A stretch of DNA of 59,304 bases, counting the filler, from Catajapyx aquilonaris (Eukaryota): the NCBI GenBank assembly GCA_000934665.2. It is 2 parts of 2 records of this genome, joined end to end, with 100 filler letters (N's around TTAATTAATTAA, not from the genome) between each part and the next. Parts side by side here need not be neighbours in the genome. Positions count along the whole stretch, not along the records: positions 29,736 to 59,304 come from JYFJ02004771.1; 1 more part is not named here. One strand, 5' to 3'. How positions within the stretch are numbered: the stretch's first letter is position 1; every line of letters starts with the position of its first letter. Below the pieces are notes generated by a model that did not search any database, was not told the DNA's origin, and saw only the letters and a list, made by a program, of their open reading frames with translations. Made by a program: the position numbers and the translations under genes. Of the stretch, positions 35,222-48,492 are shown piece after piece.

Positions 35222-35891
35222 AGATCATTAGAAGTTATCTGGGCACTTTATTTTTCTTTTTGACATCTCACTGACTCACTTGCACAGTGAAAATAAAAGA
35301 GATACATTCTTATTGTATTTGGTGTCTTTTTGATTGGGTGAATCGCTTCCACCGGGTCCCACACTCCGTGAACATCCCCTTCACCCCACTTCACGCCCAC
35401 GTTCCACCCCCTCCCCACTCAAATTGCTGCCAGAGAAAATGAAAAAGAAGATTTGGAAAAGAACTTCTCCGAGGCACTGTGACATCTTATCTGACCATTT
35501 CATTCCGTGACATTTTACTGTTTCATATATTCTGTACCACCTTTGTCTTTGCTGGTAATGCACAATAAGTTTCTTTCCACTCTGATTGACAACTTTGAAT
35601 AGCCTAAGCCCTAAATGAATCATCAGTTTGTGCAACTTTACTGATTCCACTTGATCATCTTCACCATGAATACATATTGTTCCTGTAATCTGTACACAAT
35701 AATATGACAAAATGGATTGTGGATTGCGCTGATCCGTACCTATACAGTATACATGCTGTGGAATTTACTCCTTTATCAACAATATCTCAATGTAAGTAAC
35801 GATTAAGTTATATATTTGTGATGTCATGATTATTCTAAGGATGAATACCGGTACATTAGTAGCAGTGACATAATTTTATTATATCATTTAA

Positions 35892-36066
35892 GGTGCGTTT
35901 ACATGTGAGCGATTTGGTCGCGCGACGTCATCGCCGAGCGATGAATCCAATAATTGTTTGGGGCGAAAGTAACAATCATGGTAACAATCGATTTTCGCTC
36001 CAAACAATTGGATTCATCGCTCGGCGATGACATCGCTCGATCAAATCGCCCACATGTAAACGCACC
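35892..36066. mobile_element. PIF/Harbinger (Tourist)-like palindromic MITE
   Basis: GGTGCGTTTACATGTG...CACATGTAAACGCACC with ~60-bp arms, flanked by TAA/TTA. Confidence 0.75.
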
Positions 36067-36500
36067 TTAACACGTGGAAGGATCCACGTGAAAATTAAAT
36101 TCCACATTATGATATACCGTACGATATGCATTTAATTTAGTTGTGCAGTTTTCGGTGAGCAACTATTTTCTTCAGTGGAGTGAAACTACTCTATACGTAT
36201 AGCGGAGTCTTTCATTTATGCCAAAAAAAATCCGAATTGAACATTTTTTATTATATGTAACAGCCATAATAATATATTTTTAACTAGTATTTTTGGTCAT
36301 CAAGCATTTCTTTAAAACCCCTATTACGTCCCTATCAACCACAGTTATTAGCATCTTCAAAGGGATTCAAAAACAGCAGGTGCCTTCAATATTGGCAGGA
36401 ATTTATTATTATTATTATCGTCATTATCATCATGATCCCTGTAAGCCATTAGTGCATACCAATTTTCATCCACATCAAAAGATGAGGAGTGACAGTCTGA

Positions 36501-36501
<1 letters not shown>

Positions 36502-36557
<56 letters not shown>

Positions 36558-36558
36558 G
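36502..36558. repeat. (TTG)n microsatellite
   Basis: Uninterrupted TTG run. Confidence 0.95.
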
Positions 36559-37195
36559 AGCTGTCCTGATATTACCCATATGGCAAAAGGTACAGTACAG
36601 AAAGATCAAAACCTACAGCTTTGCTTAGGATCAGGTGGGAAAAGATCCAAGATATTTTTTTTTCTTCACGTGGTCGTAATATGCCAATGTCCTCGGTCTG
36701 CAGAACTACAGAGGTACCGGTACTGTATACATACGTATACTGGCGCTCTTCCCTATAATATTCTGGAAGATGACTTGTTATGACATTGACTGCTCCTCAT
36801 TAGTGGATGCCAATAACAAAGCAAGGAATCACTTGAAAAACACCAGATATGCAACACCTACAGAGTGTCTGTCATAGCACAAGGTGTAACATAACTTCTC
36901 AAGTGCTGTTTGCAGCTATTGAATTATTTAGGGACAGATAATGAGAAGGAAAACACGTTACTGAAATCGAATACAGTACCGACATGAATAGTTGAATACC
37001 ATTCATGTTGCCAAGTTACTCGGTAGTAATCAAGTCATTGTTGAAAGAGAAGAGCTCTGATCGAGACGCGTTTTACACGTTATCCAGAAGATATAATCGT
37101 CATCACCGAATTCTGGCCTTAGAGAGTTTGTTGGGTGCGTCCCACTGTTTCCTTGAGTGTCTGAGGCCATCGTTCTGTTTGTTTCCCGCCCCAAG

Positions 37196-40100
37196 ATGCC
37201 CGGATTTCCCTTATGGGGCAGCCCCGAAGTGTGTCGCTTGGTCGCCTCTCGCTCTAAGGCGTTGATCGAGTTCAAAGCCGGATTGATGATGAGAGAGGGA
37301 AGTAAGGTTTACCCTGATACGAGACGAGGCTGCGTCTTCATTTACAAGGGAGAAGACAGCCGCATACACTTCTGCTGGTGTCAGAGGAACTTTAAGGGTG
37401 ATCACCAGGTAGGCCTTATTCATATTGTATGTATATGAGGCGAGGGGTTCATTTTTCTTGCCATGACGCAGTAGCGTCATGGTTGCAGAACAATCAATCA
37501 GTGTAAGACCTGGGAGATTTAATGATTATGTATCGTGGGTCTCCACAACATAGTTACAGAGATAATTTTGCCCATTTTATTATGTACAGTACAAGTCCTA
37601 CCATGCAGTGCTCGCCTAAAGGTCTTTGTCATTAGTTATACGTAGAAGAGGGCAATATAGATAAGCTCTCTACTTGATTCCTTCTCTTGCAGGATATGAT
37701 CGTGGATCCAAATGATTGGGATTTCTTTCCATATCCTGTCAGCACAACAACCCGGGTATATGTACTAAAGCATAATGACTCCTCGCGCGACAAATTCTAC
37801 TGGCTGCAGGAGCCAAACGACTACGATGATGACGAAATGCTCGATCTTGTCAACGAGCTTATCCAAAGCGGCCCTGATCCTCAACATGGTGACGACGGGA
37901 ACTCGGAAAAACTTGAGTTCATCAATGATTTCATGAAAAAGATATCAGTGATTCCGGGCTCTGCGGTTTATTCGCTAGATCCCTCGACGACAGCAGCGGG
38001 AATGATCCGCAACGGTGCTCATCCTTTCTACTTATGGCCCAATAATGAGGTACGACTCTGCTTCATTGTCCTGTCTGATTGTAGTGCCCGAAATGTTCCA
38101 CATCATGGCCATGGGCAGTGAGTACTGTACATTTCCAAAATAAGTAGCCTATACATGATGGTGTCTCATAATCATTCAAACAAACTTGGTGTGTGTGGAG
38201 GGGTTTAAAATGTGGCAGTCTACATCCACAACATAGGAAAATGATGTAAGGTACCTGCGTACTCTTTGAGTAATGATAGTTGTCATAGTCTGACACTGTG
38301 GCACCAAACGACTACTAGTACTGCACATGATGTGGTCCGATGCTAACCCTAGTTGTTCACCTTACACTTGACCTTACAAGTTTGTCAGAACGCACCCTGC
38401 ATACAGCAGCTTCTTTAAATCTCCGTATTGGTTAGCGATTAATGTGGCCTTCAAATGCTTATTGTAATATCTTTGTGCCAAGAGTTGTACCCACAAGAGA
38501 GTAATTCTCCACATCAGCCTATCATGTGGGTGACTGTATACCAACTTACGAATCCCAGTGTCCGTGAAAGATTTCTTCATGGTAAAAGAATGCAAAAAAC
38601 CTGGTTTCTGCCTAGTAATTTTGTTACGACATCGCTAGGATTTTCTAGGCACAAAAAGTGGCAAGAAAACAAGCCGACATTTTTCCTGTTTGAAGTGGGT
38701 TTGAAATATGTACAGTACACTGCATGCCTGGCAGGAACCTGTATAAAAGGAACACAATGTAAAGAAAAAATAGGCACCGCATGCACATAATATGATCGGA
38801 CACTGGGACAATTCGCATTCTTGTATAACTTCCGTATACGTCTAGTATGTACCGTATGTGTTAATGTAAGGTCCCATGTACAGGTACCGACAGATACTTC
38901 TACTGGTACGGCCACAGCAGAGGAAGGGCATCCCTCAGGGGTGGATCGTCAAGTGATGTTAATAGAGACTGACGAAAAAGCCCTGGCAACTGTGCTTGGC
39001 AAGAAGCGTTCAAGCAGACTTCTTGCAGCCATGGCCGAAGCACGAGACATTGAAACAGAAGAAAGGAGGAACAGGTGGTGCTGGTGGCTGGGGGAAGTAG
39101 ATGATGAGGATAACTATGTAATTCCCCCGCCTCCCGTTTTCACGTGGAGCAAGACTAACATCGACATATTCATGAGCGGTATGGCCATCCTTCGTGGTAT
39201 TGACCCAGAAGACATAGAAGTACTCACAGGCACTCAGAGGAAATATAAATTCCGTCCCGATACTTGGAGTTCGGAGCAATCACATGCATTGCTCAAGAAA
39301 TTTGTCTTAAACTATCAGAAGACGAAGGCTCGTCTGAGCCACGACCGACCCCGGGCAGGAGAGAAGAGACGGACGCCCCGAGCATCTGTTGTTCCGCCAG
39401 CTGCCGCCACCACAGCTATGGACGGAAGGAGGGACCAAGCCCGGAGACGAGTCTCAAAAGATTTGGAAAGGTCTAAGCTTGAGGAACAGCAGCGGAAGAT
39501 TTCTGAGCTAATGATGCGCGAGCTAGAAGAGGCGTCAGCGGAGTGCGAGAGGAGGCATGCTCGTCTGCGGAGCGGTAGGAATGGAGGGGATGAAGAGAAA
39601 GAGGGTTCCAGCGGAGATGCTGATAATTCCCACGGACCTACTATCGACACGTTGATGAGCTCTCTTTCCCTGACCGCTGATTCTGGCCAAGGAGGCAGGG
39701 GTCAAGGCACCCGCAGGTCGCAAGGATCTGTTGTTCCGCCAGATGCCGCCGGCACAGCTAAGGGAAGACTTGACGGAAGAAGGGACCAAGCCCGGACCGA
39801 TGTGCAGAAACCCAAGCAAAAACTGTCGAGGATCAGACAGCGTGTCTTAGACCAGCGCAAAAAGAATCAAATACTGGCCGACCAACGAGCCATGGCAGAA
39901 GAGGATAAGAGGAGGAGGGTTCGTCGGGTCGTTGGTAATGGAGGGAGTGGAGGTCAAGAGGGTACCAGCGGAGTCCACGGGCCCTCTTCCTCTACTGCTT
40001 CTGTCCCAGGAGTCAGTGGTCTGGGCACCCGCAGGCCCCAAGTATCTGTTGTTCCGCCAGCTAGAATCGTCGCAGCAGCTAAGGGCGGACATCACGGGAG

Positions 40101-40326
40101 GGACCAAACCCTGAATAATATCCGGAGACCCCAGGAAGAACGGGAGAGGATGAGGGACTATGGCAATCAGCACAGTGTTCGTACGCGTATCGCCTACGAA
40201 CGATTCAAGGTAGCAGAGAAGTGGTTGAATCAGAAAGGCGCCGCTAAGGAGGCAGGAGATCAAGAGTACTATGGAACCGGCGACCACTCAGATTCCTCAG
40301 ATTACGAGGATGACGCTACGCATTGA
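37196..40326 (+). CDS. Divergent Rpn13/ADRM1 Pru-domain paralog 2, ~670 aa (exons 37196-37408, 37693-38049, 38884-40326)
   Basis: KALIEFKAGLMMREGSKVYPDTRRGCVFIYKGEDSRIHFCW.QR.../DMIVDPNDWDF...RVYVLK...FYWLQEP.DYDDDE..VNELI aligns by eye to ADRM1 Pru (LVEFRAGKM..VTPDKRKGLVYI...IHFCW...RVYVLKF...FFWMQEP). Introns are phase-0 GT-AG. The long charged tail has no recognisable DEUBAD domain. Confidence 0.8.
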
Positions 40327-42167
40327 AGATCTTCAGAAGTTATTTTGACATTTATGTTTCTTTTTGACATCTCAGCTCACTTGCGGAAAAAAAGTTATAC
40401 CACAATTTTGATCGTATTTGGTGTCTTTTTGGGTGAATGGTTTTCACCGTGAATATTTTCCCTCAAAAAATTTCTGCAGTTTCCTTGGAACTCAGCAATT
40501 ATTTTCAAAAACACGCCAATTGTTTTGGTCAATTAAATACTTTAGACTTCTGGGGAAATTCATAATCAAAATAAACTACATATTAAGGAGAACTTGGCAT
40601 TTTTTTACAGAAAGGTTTTTGGTGGGATTAAAACTTTCCCCTCCCCAGCCGACTACTTCGCCTACTACATAGTATTACCATCTCAACGTCACGTGTCTAA
40701 TTACTACGGCATTGTTCCCACTATCTTTTGAACCGCTGCTTTATTGCAATTTGATCCGGATTCATACCTAGGATGTAATTTACACGAGACTTTCATCCTG
40801 CACCACATGATGTACTCCAGTCCCATTTTTATCGTTCCCTTGCCATACAACGAGGTAGGCTACATCAAATAACTGAATTAATGAATATGAAACTGGCAAG
40901 CAATTATCTCTGTATATAGTTAGAACCAAAATAGCCAACATCAACTGAAGTTATTTCATCTTATAAAGTCGTCTGAGAATTAGTGTGCACCATTTGCACC
41001 ACCCTGTAAGATAACTTCTCATTTCATTATGAAAATAATGTAGCCACTTGAGAAACACCTTTATCCAGCGCACAAGTTATAGCAAAACTTGTTCAGTTAG
41101 CAAAAGTCAAAGTCTGAACAAGTAGGCCTTGATCTGTTCCATCTTGCTGCCATGTTGATTTTGAAGGGATGAATTTTATATACATTTATGGCCAAACGGT
41201 ATTTACTTTTAAAATGTGGTAATATCTATAATATTTCCATACATAGTATTGATATCGAACTATCTTCTGAAGGCATTCTACTGTTCTGATCCATGAACAA
41301 TGAAAAATGCTTTTCTTAAAGCTGGGAATTCCACCTTGAAATGGGATGATTAGTTGGCAATAGACACCCAAACTTTGCTTCAGAAAAAACCCACTACATT
41401 TCCAAACGAAACAAACCTAACATAATGTTGTCCTGCACCTCAAATAATCTTTTCAAATCATGTCAAGCAATGGCAACATTGTTATCACCATCTATGCTTG
41501 TTTCAATATTGACTATAATTTTTTGGCAGTTTACCAGGTGTTATGAAATGACAAGCAACTACACTAAATGCAGGAAATACGGCAGCCACTAAGCTACGAA
41601 AGTGAATAGCATGCATTTTCCAGGGAAAAGAGAAAATTAAGCTTGATAAACTCTGTTTTAAAAGTTAATGCCAGTAAAACCTGCTTCAAGAAACAGGATT
41701 GATCAATCTGATTGGTAAGTCAATATGGACACCCTCTCTCCACAACAATGACCAGGGCCCATTGCAATGCTTATTGGAATGCAGCTTGCTGGTGCTTGGA
41801 AGAGGCCGGAAGATACTTTTTCTATGTTATCACTGGAATTGCGTCATTGCTCCGAGAGTTAAGTGGGGAATAAAGGTGCGTTGACTTCTAGTGGCATTCT
41901 CTTGTTTCAGAGCATTTATTGTCGAGTTGTAGCGGTATGCCGGGGGTAATGCCTCTTCTTGCATTGCGTACCAAGTAGGTCATGGAATGCCATGCACAAT
42001 AGCTGATCTGCCCACACAATAATAATAATAAAAAAGAACACCATTATTTTTGTGGGTCCATTAAGCACAAATCCGGGTCCTCAAGAGAATGCAGGTCGAC
42101 ATCCCCAATGCATGAGCGTCTCAGATAGCGATGATGACCAAGTTCTGACCCAAAACTTCGGCGTGGG

Positions 42168-42867
42168 TCAAGGTCTATGCATCCGAAGCTGTAAGGAAAA
42201 GTCTCTTCTCCAATAAAAAAAAGGTCATTAAAGATACAGTATGTCGATAAGGACACTCAATCGTCATTCAAAGAGTATTTATTGAACTTCTACTAGTAGC
42301 ACATTGGCATTAGTCACATTGAATGTTTTCATAACTACAGTGCATGAATATTTAGGATGGACTTCTTTCGCCTGGGTTATTTAGCTCCCGGCGCCAATAT
42401 GCCATGTTCCTAATCCTAAACAACGTCCCCAGCGTCCTTCGAGGGAGGGTCCACCTTGTTTCCGGAAAATTCTCGGTAGTTCCTCAGGTCAATTCCGTTG
42501 GGTGAAGATCCGGATGGGACATCACCAAGCTCCTATCACAAAGATAAAAACCATCAATCACTTTCCGGTCATGTTATAGCCGCTATCATCCGTACACCCA
42601 CTCAGATGGACCACCCACACGTCACATTCACTCTCGCAGACCCCCCCGGTACGTCACAATCACTGATTGCTAAAAACCTACCTTTCTATAGGCGAATCTG
42701 AAGCCAATCGATGAAAGGACCATAATAACTCCCCCGTTGAAGACGAAGCACATTCCCACTTGCTTGATGAAATGGCCAGGAATGAGAGTCACGGTCAGAA
42801 GCCCTGATCCAACGAGCAACATGCCGAATCCAAATAGAGCACAGCACAATTTGGCGGCGAATAACAT
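42168..42867 (-). CDS. Putative small two-transmembrane protein (~68 aa; exons 42867-42682 and 42188-42168)
   Basis: MLFAAKLCCALFGFGMLLVGSGLLTVTL..KQVGMCFVFNGGVIMVLSSIGFRFAYRK/LRMHRP*. Donor AAG/GTAGGT, acceptor CCTTACAG/. A TATA-like element lies upstream (~43080) and a minus-strand AATAAA at ~41915-41920. Confidence 0.45.
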
Positions 42868-43533
42868 GTCTTCTGCTTCGACGGTACGGCTGGTGTTGAA
42901 CCGATCGACTCACTCAGTCACAGGTACTGGATGATATGAAGTGTCGGGCTCTGTGGTGTTCCAAGTGAGAAAGAAAGGTGTGTCTAGCCCCACCTCTCGT
43001 ATCGTACTCAACTTCTGGTCGCGTCTCATTGTCTAGGACTACTGTAATGCATTACCTCATTGTTCGCAAGGAGGGCTATATTTAAAAATGAGTATTGTTT
43101 CAGTACTTTCCGTCCTCATTATTGACTGCTTGTGCTGGATTGCTTGGAATGTTTCTTGGCCTACCTGGTGGTGGAGTACTCCACGATTGTTGTTGTGAAG
43201 ACCACTTATCGCGTTTGTATGGATCATAATTTACTGAGTCTAAAAAAAAATAATTATCAGTGCATTTCTTTCGTGGTTTTTGACCATGAAAGACGGAAAA
43301 TGAGAGCATGACGTATCGAGCAGCTGTAACTGAAAGACAATATTCTTGAATATCAATGACTGATAAGGTGGATTTCTTGCACGTGATTGGCACAATCCTA
43401 CACAACCCAGCCCTACATTTCCCATATGAAACGGTAGTCAGCGATGAACCAAGTGATACAAATATTTTAAATATAGGGTGACGAGAGGGAGGGTTCCAGA
43501 TTTCGTTGCATCAAAGAGGTATGTGTCATAAAT

Positions 43534-44545
43534 GGGTGATTCTCCAAAAACTTGCCATTTTCAAAGCAAAAATTAATGAATTTCAAAACTTGTTTTAAAA
43601 ATCTGGAAAAATTCTCACTTACTCTATATGAGGTCACAAATCAGGGAAAAATATGGGGAACTAACTCTCATATTCTAAAATGGTTGAAACCTTCCGGGAT
43701 TGATTTTGCAGTTAACCGAAATTATTTTTATTGGAAGTTGTTCCTCATAATATTATATCAAAAAAGGGGAGGTGTGGTGGCCGAGATGGTAACGTTTCGG
43801 CTTGCTGAGTGAAAGGCCCCAGGTGATAGAATTAATATCACGGTCCAGAACGAACTTTGACTATGGAAATTTCTGTGGGTTCGTGACATCCCTTCGTGCC
43901 ATGGAATCACAGTTATTTCAAAACATTTAAGCTATTTTGTGACATAGAAAAATGAGGCAGGAGTGTGAATGCAAAATGTGCAACATAACTGAATTTAAAA
44001 CGCCTTAATTTTTTTAACCCACTACAAGACGTACAGTACCCCTTGCACATCAATCTGTAGTTAAATCAAGGTGTCATGGAAAAGCAGTGTTGCCAAATAA
44101 CTGAGTAAAAAATCCATTTGTTTCATTGCAAATTCCGCTAAAATAATATCCTGATCCAGGAGAGTAACATGAAAACTCGGGAACACTTTGGAGTGATGCA
44201 GCAAGGTCAAGTCAAATGAATAAATAGTTTTAAAAATGTTGTTTTATACGTTCAACTATGTACAATTTAATTATAGTATTGAAAGCTGTCTAATATTAAT
44301 GATAAAATTGTAAGAAAATATAGCATGCTTTAATATGAGATCGGGACATGCCCAGAATAGTGATTTTAGGCCCTTAGACATTTTTTGCAGGAAAACTTAA
44401 TTTAATATTTTTCGTTGTTTTCATGGAGATGGCTAGGTGTCAACTGCTTCTACAAATGTTTAAAAATCAACTCTCTCAGTCTTGAAAGCCATTTTTGAGT
44501 TATTATGACGGGACATGGTATTGGTAAGTTTTTGGAGAATCACCC
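43534..44545. mobile_element. Non-autonomous Sola-type DNA transposon (~1 kb)
   Basis: TIR GGGTGATTCTCCAAAAACTT.CCA / TGG.AAGTTTTTGGAGAATCACCC with a 4-bp TSD AAAT on both sides. Contains a 5' fragment of SINE family A at about 43766-43825. Confidence 0.75.
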
Positions 44546-44564
44546 AAATACAGGCTTCTGTATA

Positions 44565-44995
44565 CATGGTTAGGATATTTTAATCTACCTTCGCTTTAGG
44601 GGATGGTAGAGGCGTTCTAGGCGATCATTTTAAGTATAGGGAGCGTCTCCGAAGCATAGTTACCGAGATAATGTGCTTCAAACACAAAGTATAAAATATC
44701 CTGGCGTCCGTCCATGCGACCTTACCTTTTTTCCATTTAAATTTAAGGTGTTATCATGCAATTTAAATTTAAAACGCAATCCCTTTAGGCGTAGCAGACA
44801 GTGGCCTAGGCGATGGAAGTGTCGTAGGCTGTATCCGAAACATAGAAGCCGGTATAATGCACTTTTTATTTAATCTCAATTAAACTTATCTCGGTAACTA
44901 TGCTTCGGAGACCCACGATACCTATACTTAAAATGATCGCCTAGAACGCTTATGCCATTTCCCAAAGCGAAGGTATTTTAAATTTCCGAACCCTG
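44565..44995. mobile_element. Tc1/mariner-like MITE with ~110-bp TIRs (fragments also at ~30045-30170 and ~37525-37565)
   Basis: CCTTCGCTTT...TTCTAGGCGATCATTTTAAGTATAGG..TCTCCGAAGCATAGTTACCGAGATAA is mirrored at 44886-44995, with TA flanks. Confidence 0.75.
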
Positions 44996-45081
44996 TATAC
45001 ATATACATTGCATATGTATTTTATCAATGGCGCATGTCCTTTCAGCCCACGTGTGATGGAATGTTGGTTCATGTTTTCTCA

Positions 45082-45416
45082 CAGTGGTTCCCAACTTTTT
45101 CGGGCCTTCACACCCCTTTGAGAGCAGTTGGTCCTTCTCGTACCCCCTATACCAGGATGACAGATTTACAGAATCCTTGACATTTAACTAATCCATGATA
45201 ATCGTGATAACTACCTTATAATCAATATTTTGGGACCAGGAATATGATGAAGTGAAAAGAAATTAAGTCATTTTTTTCGATTATAATACAGCTATATTTT
45301 CCTTTGTGCAAGTCACTTATGGGGTGCACTATGTCCAAAATTGCTCGATTTGGACTCATGGGTACTGTACTTAGCTCCGTACCCCCAGGAGGCGTACCCC
45401 TGGTTGGGAACCCCTG
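45082..45416. mobile_element. hAT(Charlie)-like MITE
   Basis: CAGTGGTTCCCAAC ... GTTGGGAACCCCTG termini. No clear 8-bp TSD. Confidence 0.5.
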
Positions 45417-45659
45417 TGGCCCTGTCCTATACATTTGGGACCAGAGCTGCGCTTACAGAGGCTCTGAACTAAACACCACAGAGATAAATAATAAGTATGC
45501 TGATCTGTTTCTCAAGCTCCGTCACGAGTCAGAAGGGATAACAGTGAAGGAAGCCCTTGAAGTCTTGCATGCAAATCTAAAATTTAGGCTATTGCTGAAG
45601 ATGCCCCCTACCTCCTCACTTGAATGAGGACATGCCAAGGGGGTACTCACTCGACTGTA

Positions 45660-45885
45660 AAGTGTACACCGGAGTACAGTACCAAATTCAAGGAGTACCA
45701 AGGAGTACCAAAGAGTACCAAGGAGTACCTAAGGAGTACCGAAGAGTACCACTGCAGGTGTACACCGGAGTACCGAAGAGTACCACTGCAGGTGTACACC
45801 GGAGTACCGAAGTGATTACCCCCATAGATATCGGAATACTATTACATGTACATGTTACATGTAATAGTATTCCGATATCTATGAT
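45660..45885. repeat. GAGTACC(A/G) short tandem repeat followed by a small palindrome (~45823-45881)
   Basis: Repeated GGAGTACCAA / GGAGTACCGAAGAGTACCACTGCAGGTGTACACC units, then ATAGATATCGGAATACTATTACATGT...ACATGTAATAGTATTCCGATATCTAT. Confidence 0.8.
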
Positions 45886-46179
45886 TACCCCCTTGGGACA
45901 TGCTCCTCTATTAGCTGCAATGAACCACTAATCAGCTGCTGGCAGTGAGGGAGGGTGTCTGGATCTGCACCATGGAACAGCATAACTTCAATCTGTGAGA
46001 GTCTAGCTGACTTTTTTTTTTTTTTAATCAGTTCCTTCCTTAAGTTAATCTAATACGTGTGATTTCATAATGATATTAGATTTGTAATACACATGGCAAA
46101 ATCTTTTGAAAGATAACTTACATATTCCATTTTGCAATTTAGATTATTTCCCCTCTTACCTTATTGATATAGTTAGGCT

Positions 46180-46539
46180 GGGGAGGTGTGGTGGCCGTGA
46201 TGGTAACGTCACGGCTTGCTGTGTGAAAGGCCCCAGGTTCGATCCCCGCCTGGGGAACTATCCTTTCACCTGCGTCGGGAGGGTCTCTGACCTGCACCAA
46301 GGAGGTGTCTGGCAACCTAACCTCCTGGGGAACAGCACATGACCCGTTATTCAGACGTGCACCTTGCACCCATGTTCCCTCCCCAAAAATCCCTATCCTT
46401 TCCCCATGTCCTTTCTTCCTTGCACCGGAGTTAGAAGAAAAAGTTGAAAATTGAAGGAGATGGTGGTAATCCACCCCCCTCAAGACCCTTAAACGGTCAT
46501 TACGGGGTAATTACAAAAAAAAAATATATATATATATAT
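46180..46539 (+). mobile_element. tRNA-derived SINE, family A, full length
   Basis: A and B boxes, an A/(TA)n tail, and TSD ATATAGTTAGGCT at 46167-46179 and 46540-46552. Confidence 0.9.
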
Positions 46540-48492
46540 ATATAGTTAGGCTATGCTTGCATATCACACCCACATTGATATTAGTTTATGACTGGTTGTC
46601 ACTCTCGGTGACTTTAGGATATTATTATATATTGCTATAAAATCTATAAATCTATAAATAATCTTAATCTATAAAAACTAGATACCGTATGTAACTTACC
46701 ATTCTTGGTGAAGGTGACACTTTTGAAGGAAATGCAGGCAGTTGAGGACAGCATGAATGCACCGCAGACAAACATTGAACATACGTAAAGGTAACAACTA
46801 TCATGAATTTCAAAGTTTCTGAACCCCTTCCTGCATGATAGAAAAAGAGACAAACCCAACAGGTGAACCAGATGGGTTTGTCACCCTCACTCATCTAACA
46901 GGTGAGTTGGGCGAATGTTTCGCAATTTGATCACTCCCTCCTTCATACCCCTTAATGTCACTCTTTAATGGTGCAGTGAAGTGCAGTGAAGTCTTTCAGA
47001 AAAGCACACTGGTTGAGATAGAGGAGGGATTCCTCTTCAACCAACTGGCCTATATAATGATGTTCCTATGTGTTGGAGCACCTTTGCACACCCCCCTCCA
47101 ACTATGCAAGTCAAGTAGTTGCTTCATATGCTCAATGAGTTGCTTGGCTCTCTCTGCTGTCACAAACTGACCATCCAGTTTCACCATGCATCACCATCCT
47201 ACTCCAATGGTTGCAAAGTCCGGCTGCACTTAAGAGCAGATATTGTTGTAGAGATTAGAAAAAAAACTATACGTAGAACTTCATGTGGTAGGCTAGAAAA
47301 TTCATCACTGGCATCAGCATGAAACATTAACTGGATAAAACAAGTTTTAAGCCAACTGGAAATAGATGTGAAAAGGCCTTATAATCTGGTAATAGCAATT
47401 TGGAGCACAGGTAGATGATGGTCACAATATGTGTGGTAAAAATGCGTCTCAACAATATCAGTAATAAAAAACCAACAATTGCAGGATAGTGGCAGATGTA
47501 AAAGTATAATAGTAGTCCGATATCATATGCTCTCCCCACTTCCAGTATGTTCAATGAACATACTGGAAGTGGGGAGGGCCACCTGGGATTCTGACGGACG
47601 ATCAGGAAGTCATCCTAGTGAATTGGAACAGCAGGCAGAAAGAAAAAGGATGGCCGACGAGACGAAGGGATCTCGCAAGAAGCAAAAACTGGCGTAAGAA
47701 CAGAGAAAATTGCAAAGATGGACGAGGTCCACATAAAGGTTTAGTGTAACGCCAAATAAAAAAATTACCACTACTACAGTGTTTTATTGGCCAAAAACTT
47801 CCTTTACCATAATTAAGTTAATTGTTAGTGTCTTTCAACTTTCCCCTTTTGCAAGTCAGATGCTGCTGGTTTTCAAAATTAAAATTAAAATTAAAAAATT
47901 CAGAAAGAAGTAATGGATGTCATAAAATGGACAAAAACAGGTGTCACAAACTGGGTTGAAGGCGTCATATAATGGTCAAGGACAGGTGTCAGAAATTGGG
48001 TTGAGGGTGTCATAAAAGGGTCGAGATGCAGCATGTTAGCAAAATTCAATTTGTACTGTAATCAGTAAATATTAAGAAAAGTAAAACACAGATTCAGGTA
48101 GAGCACGAAATGGACTATCCTGACATGCCTGTAACATTATTTTTTTCTTTTGGGTGTTATGTGCATAACCCAAAATCCGTATTTTTTTCCTTAAGATCAT
48201 GGTATATTAATTGGTACCTTTACCTTAAACTCTCATACAAATTTTTGTTTTCTAAAGAACATGGGTTACTAAATTTTCAAAATTCAGGAACCATAGGTCT
48301 GTGGAAATTGAAATTATTGAGTAGGGGGAGACCGGGGCTAGATGGCACACTTTTTACATTTAATTTTTTTCTAAGGCCAGTAAAGACTTATTCACTGTAG
48401 TTTTTATACCCTGATAAATACTTTAGACATTTGAGAATATATGTGATATTTTCACATGGTTGTATTTTAGATATGCTATCCACTAGAAATTA

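Noticed and set aside
36293..36783. Poly-Cys and poly-Leu ORFs
   Set aside because: These are translations of the (TTG)n microsatellite.
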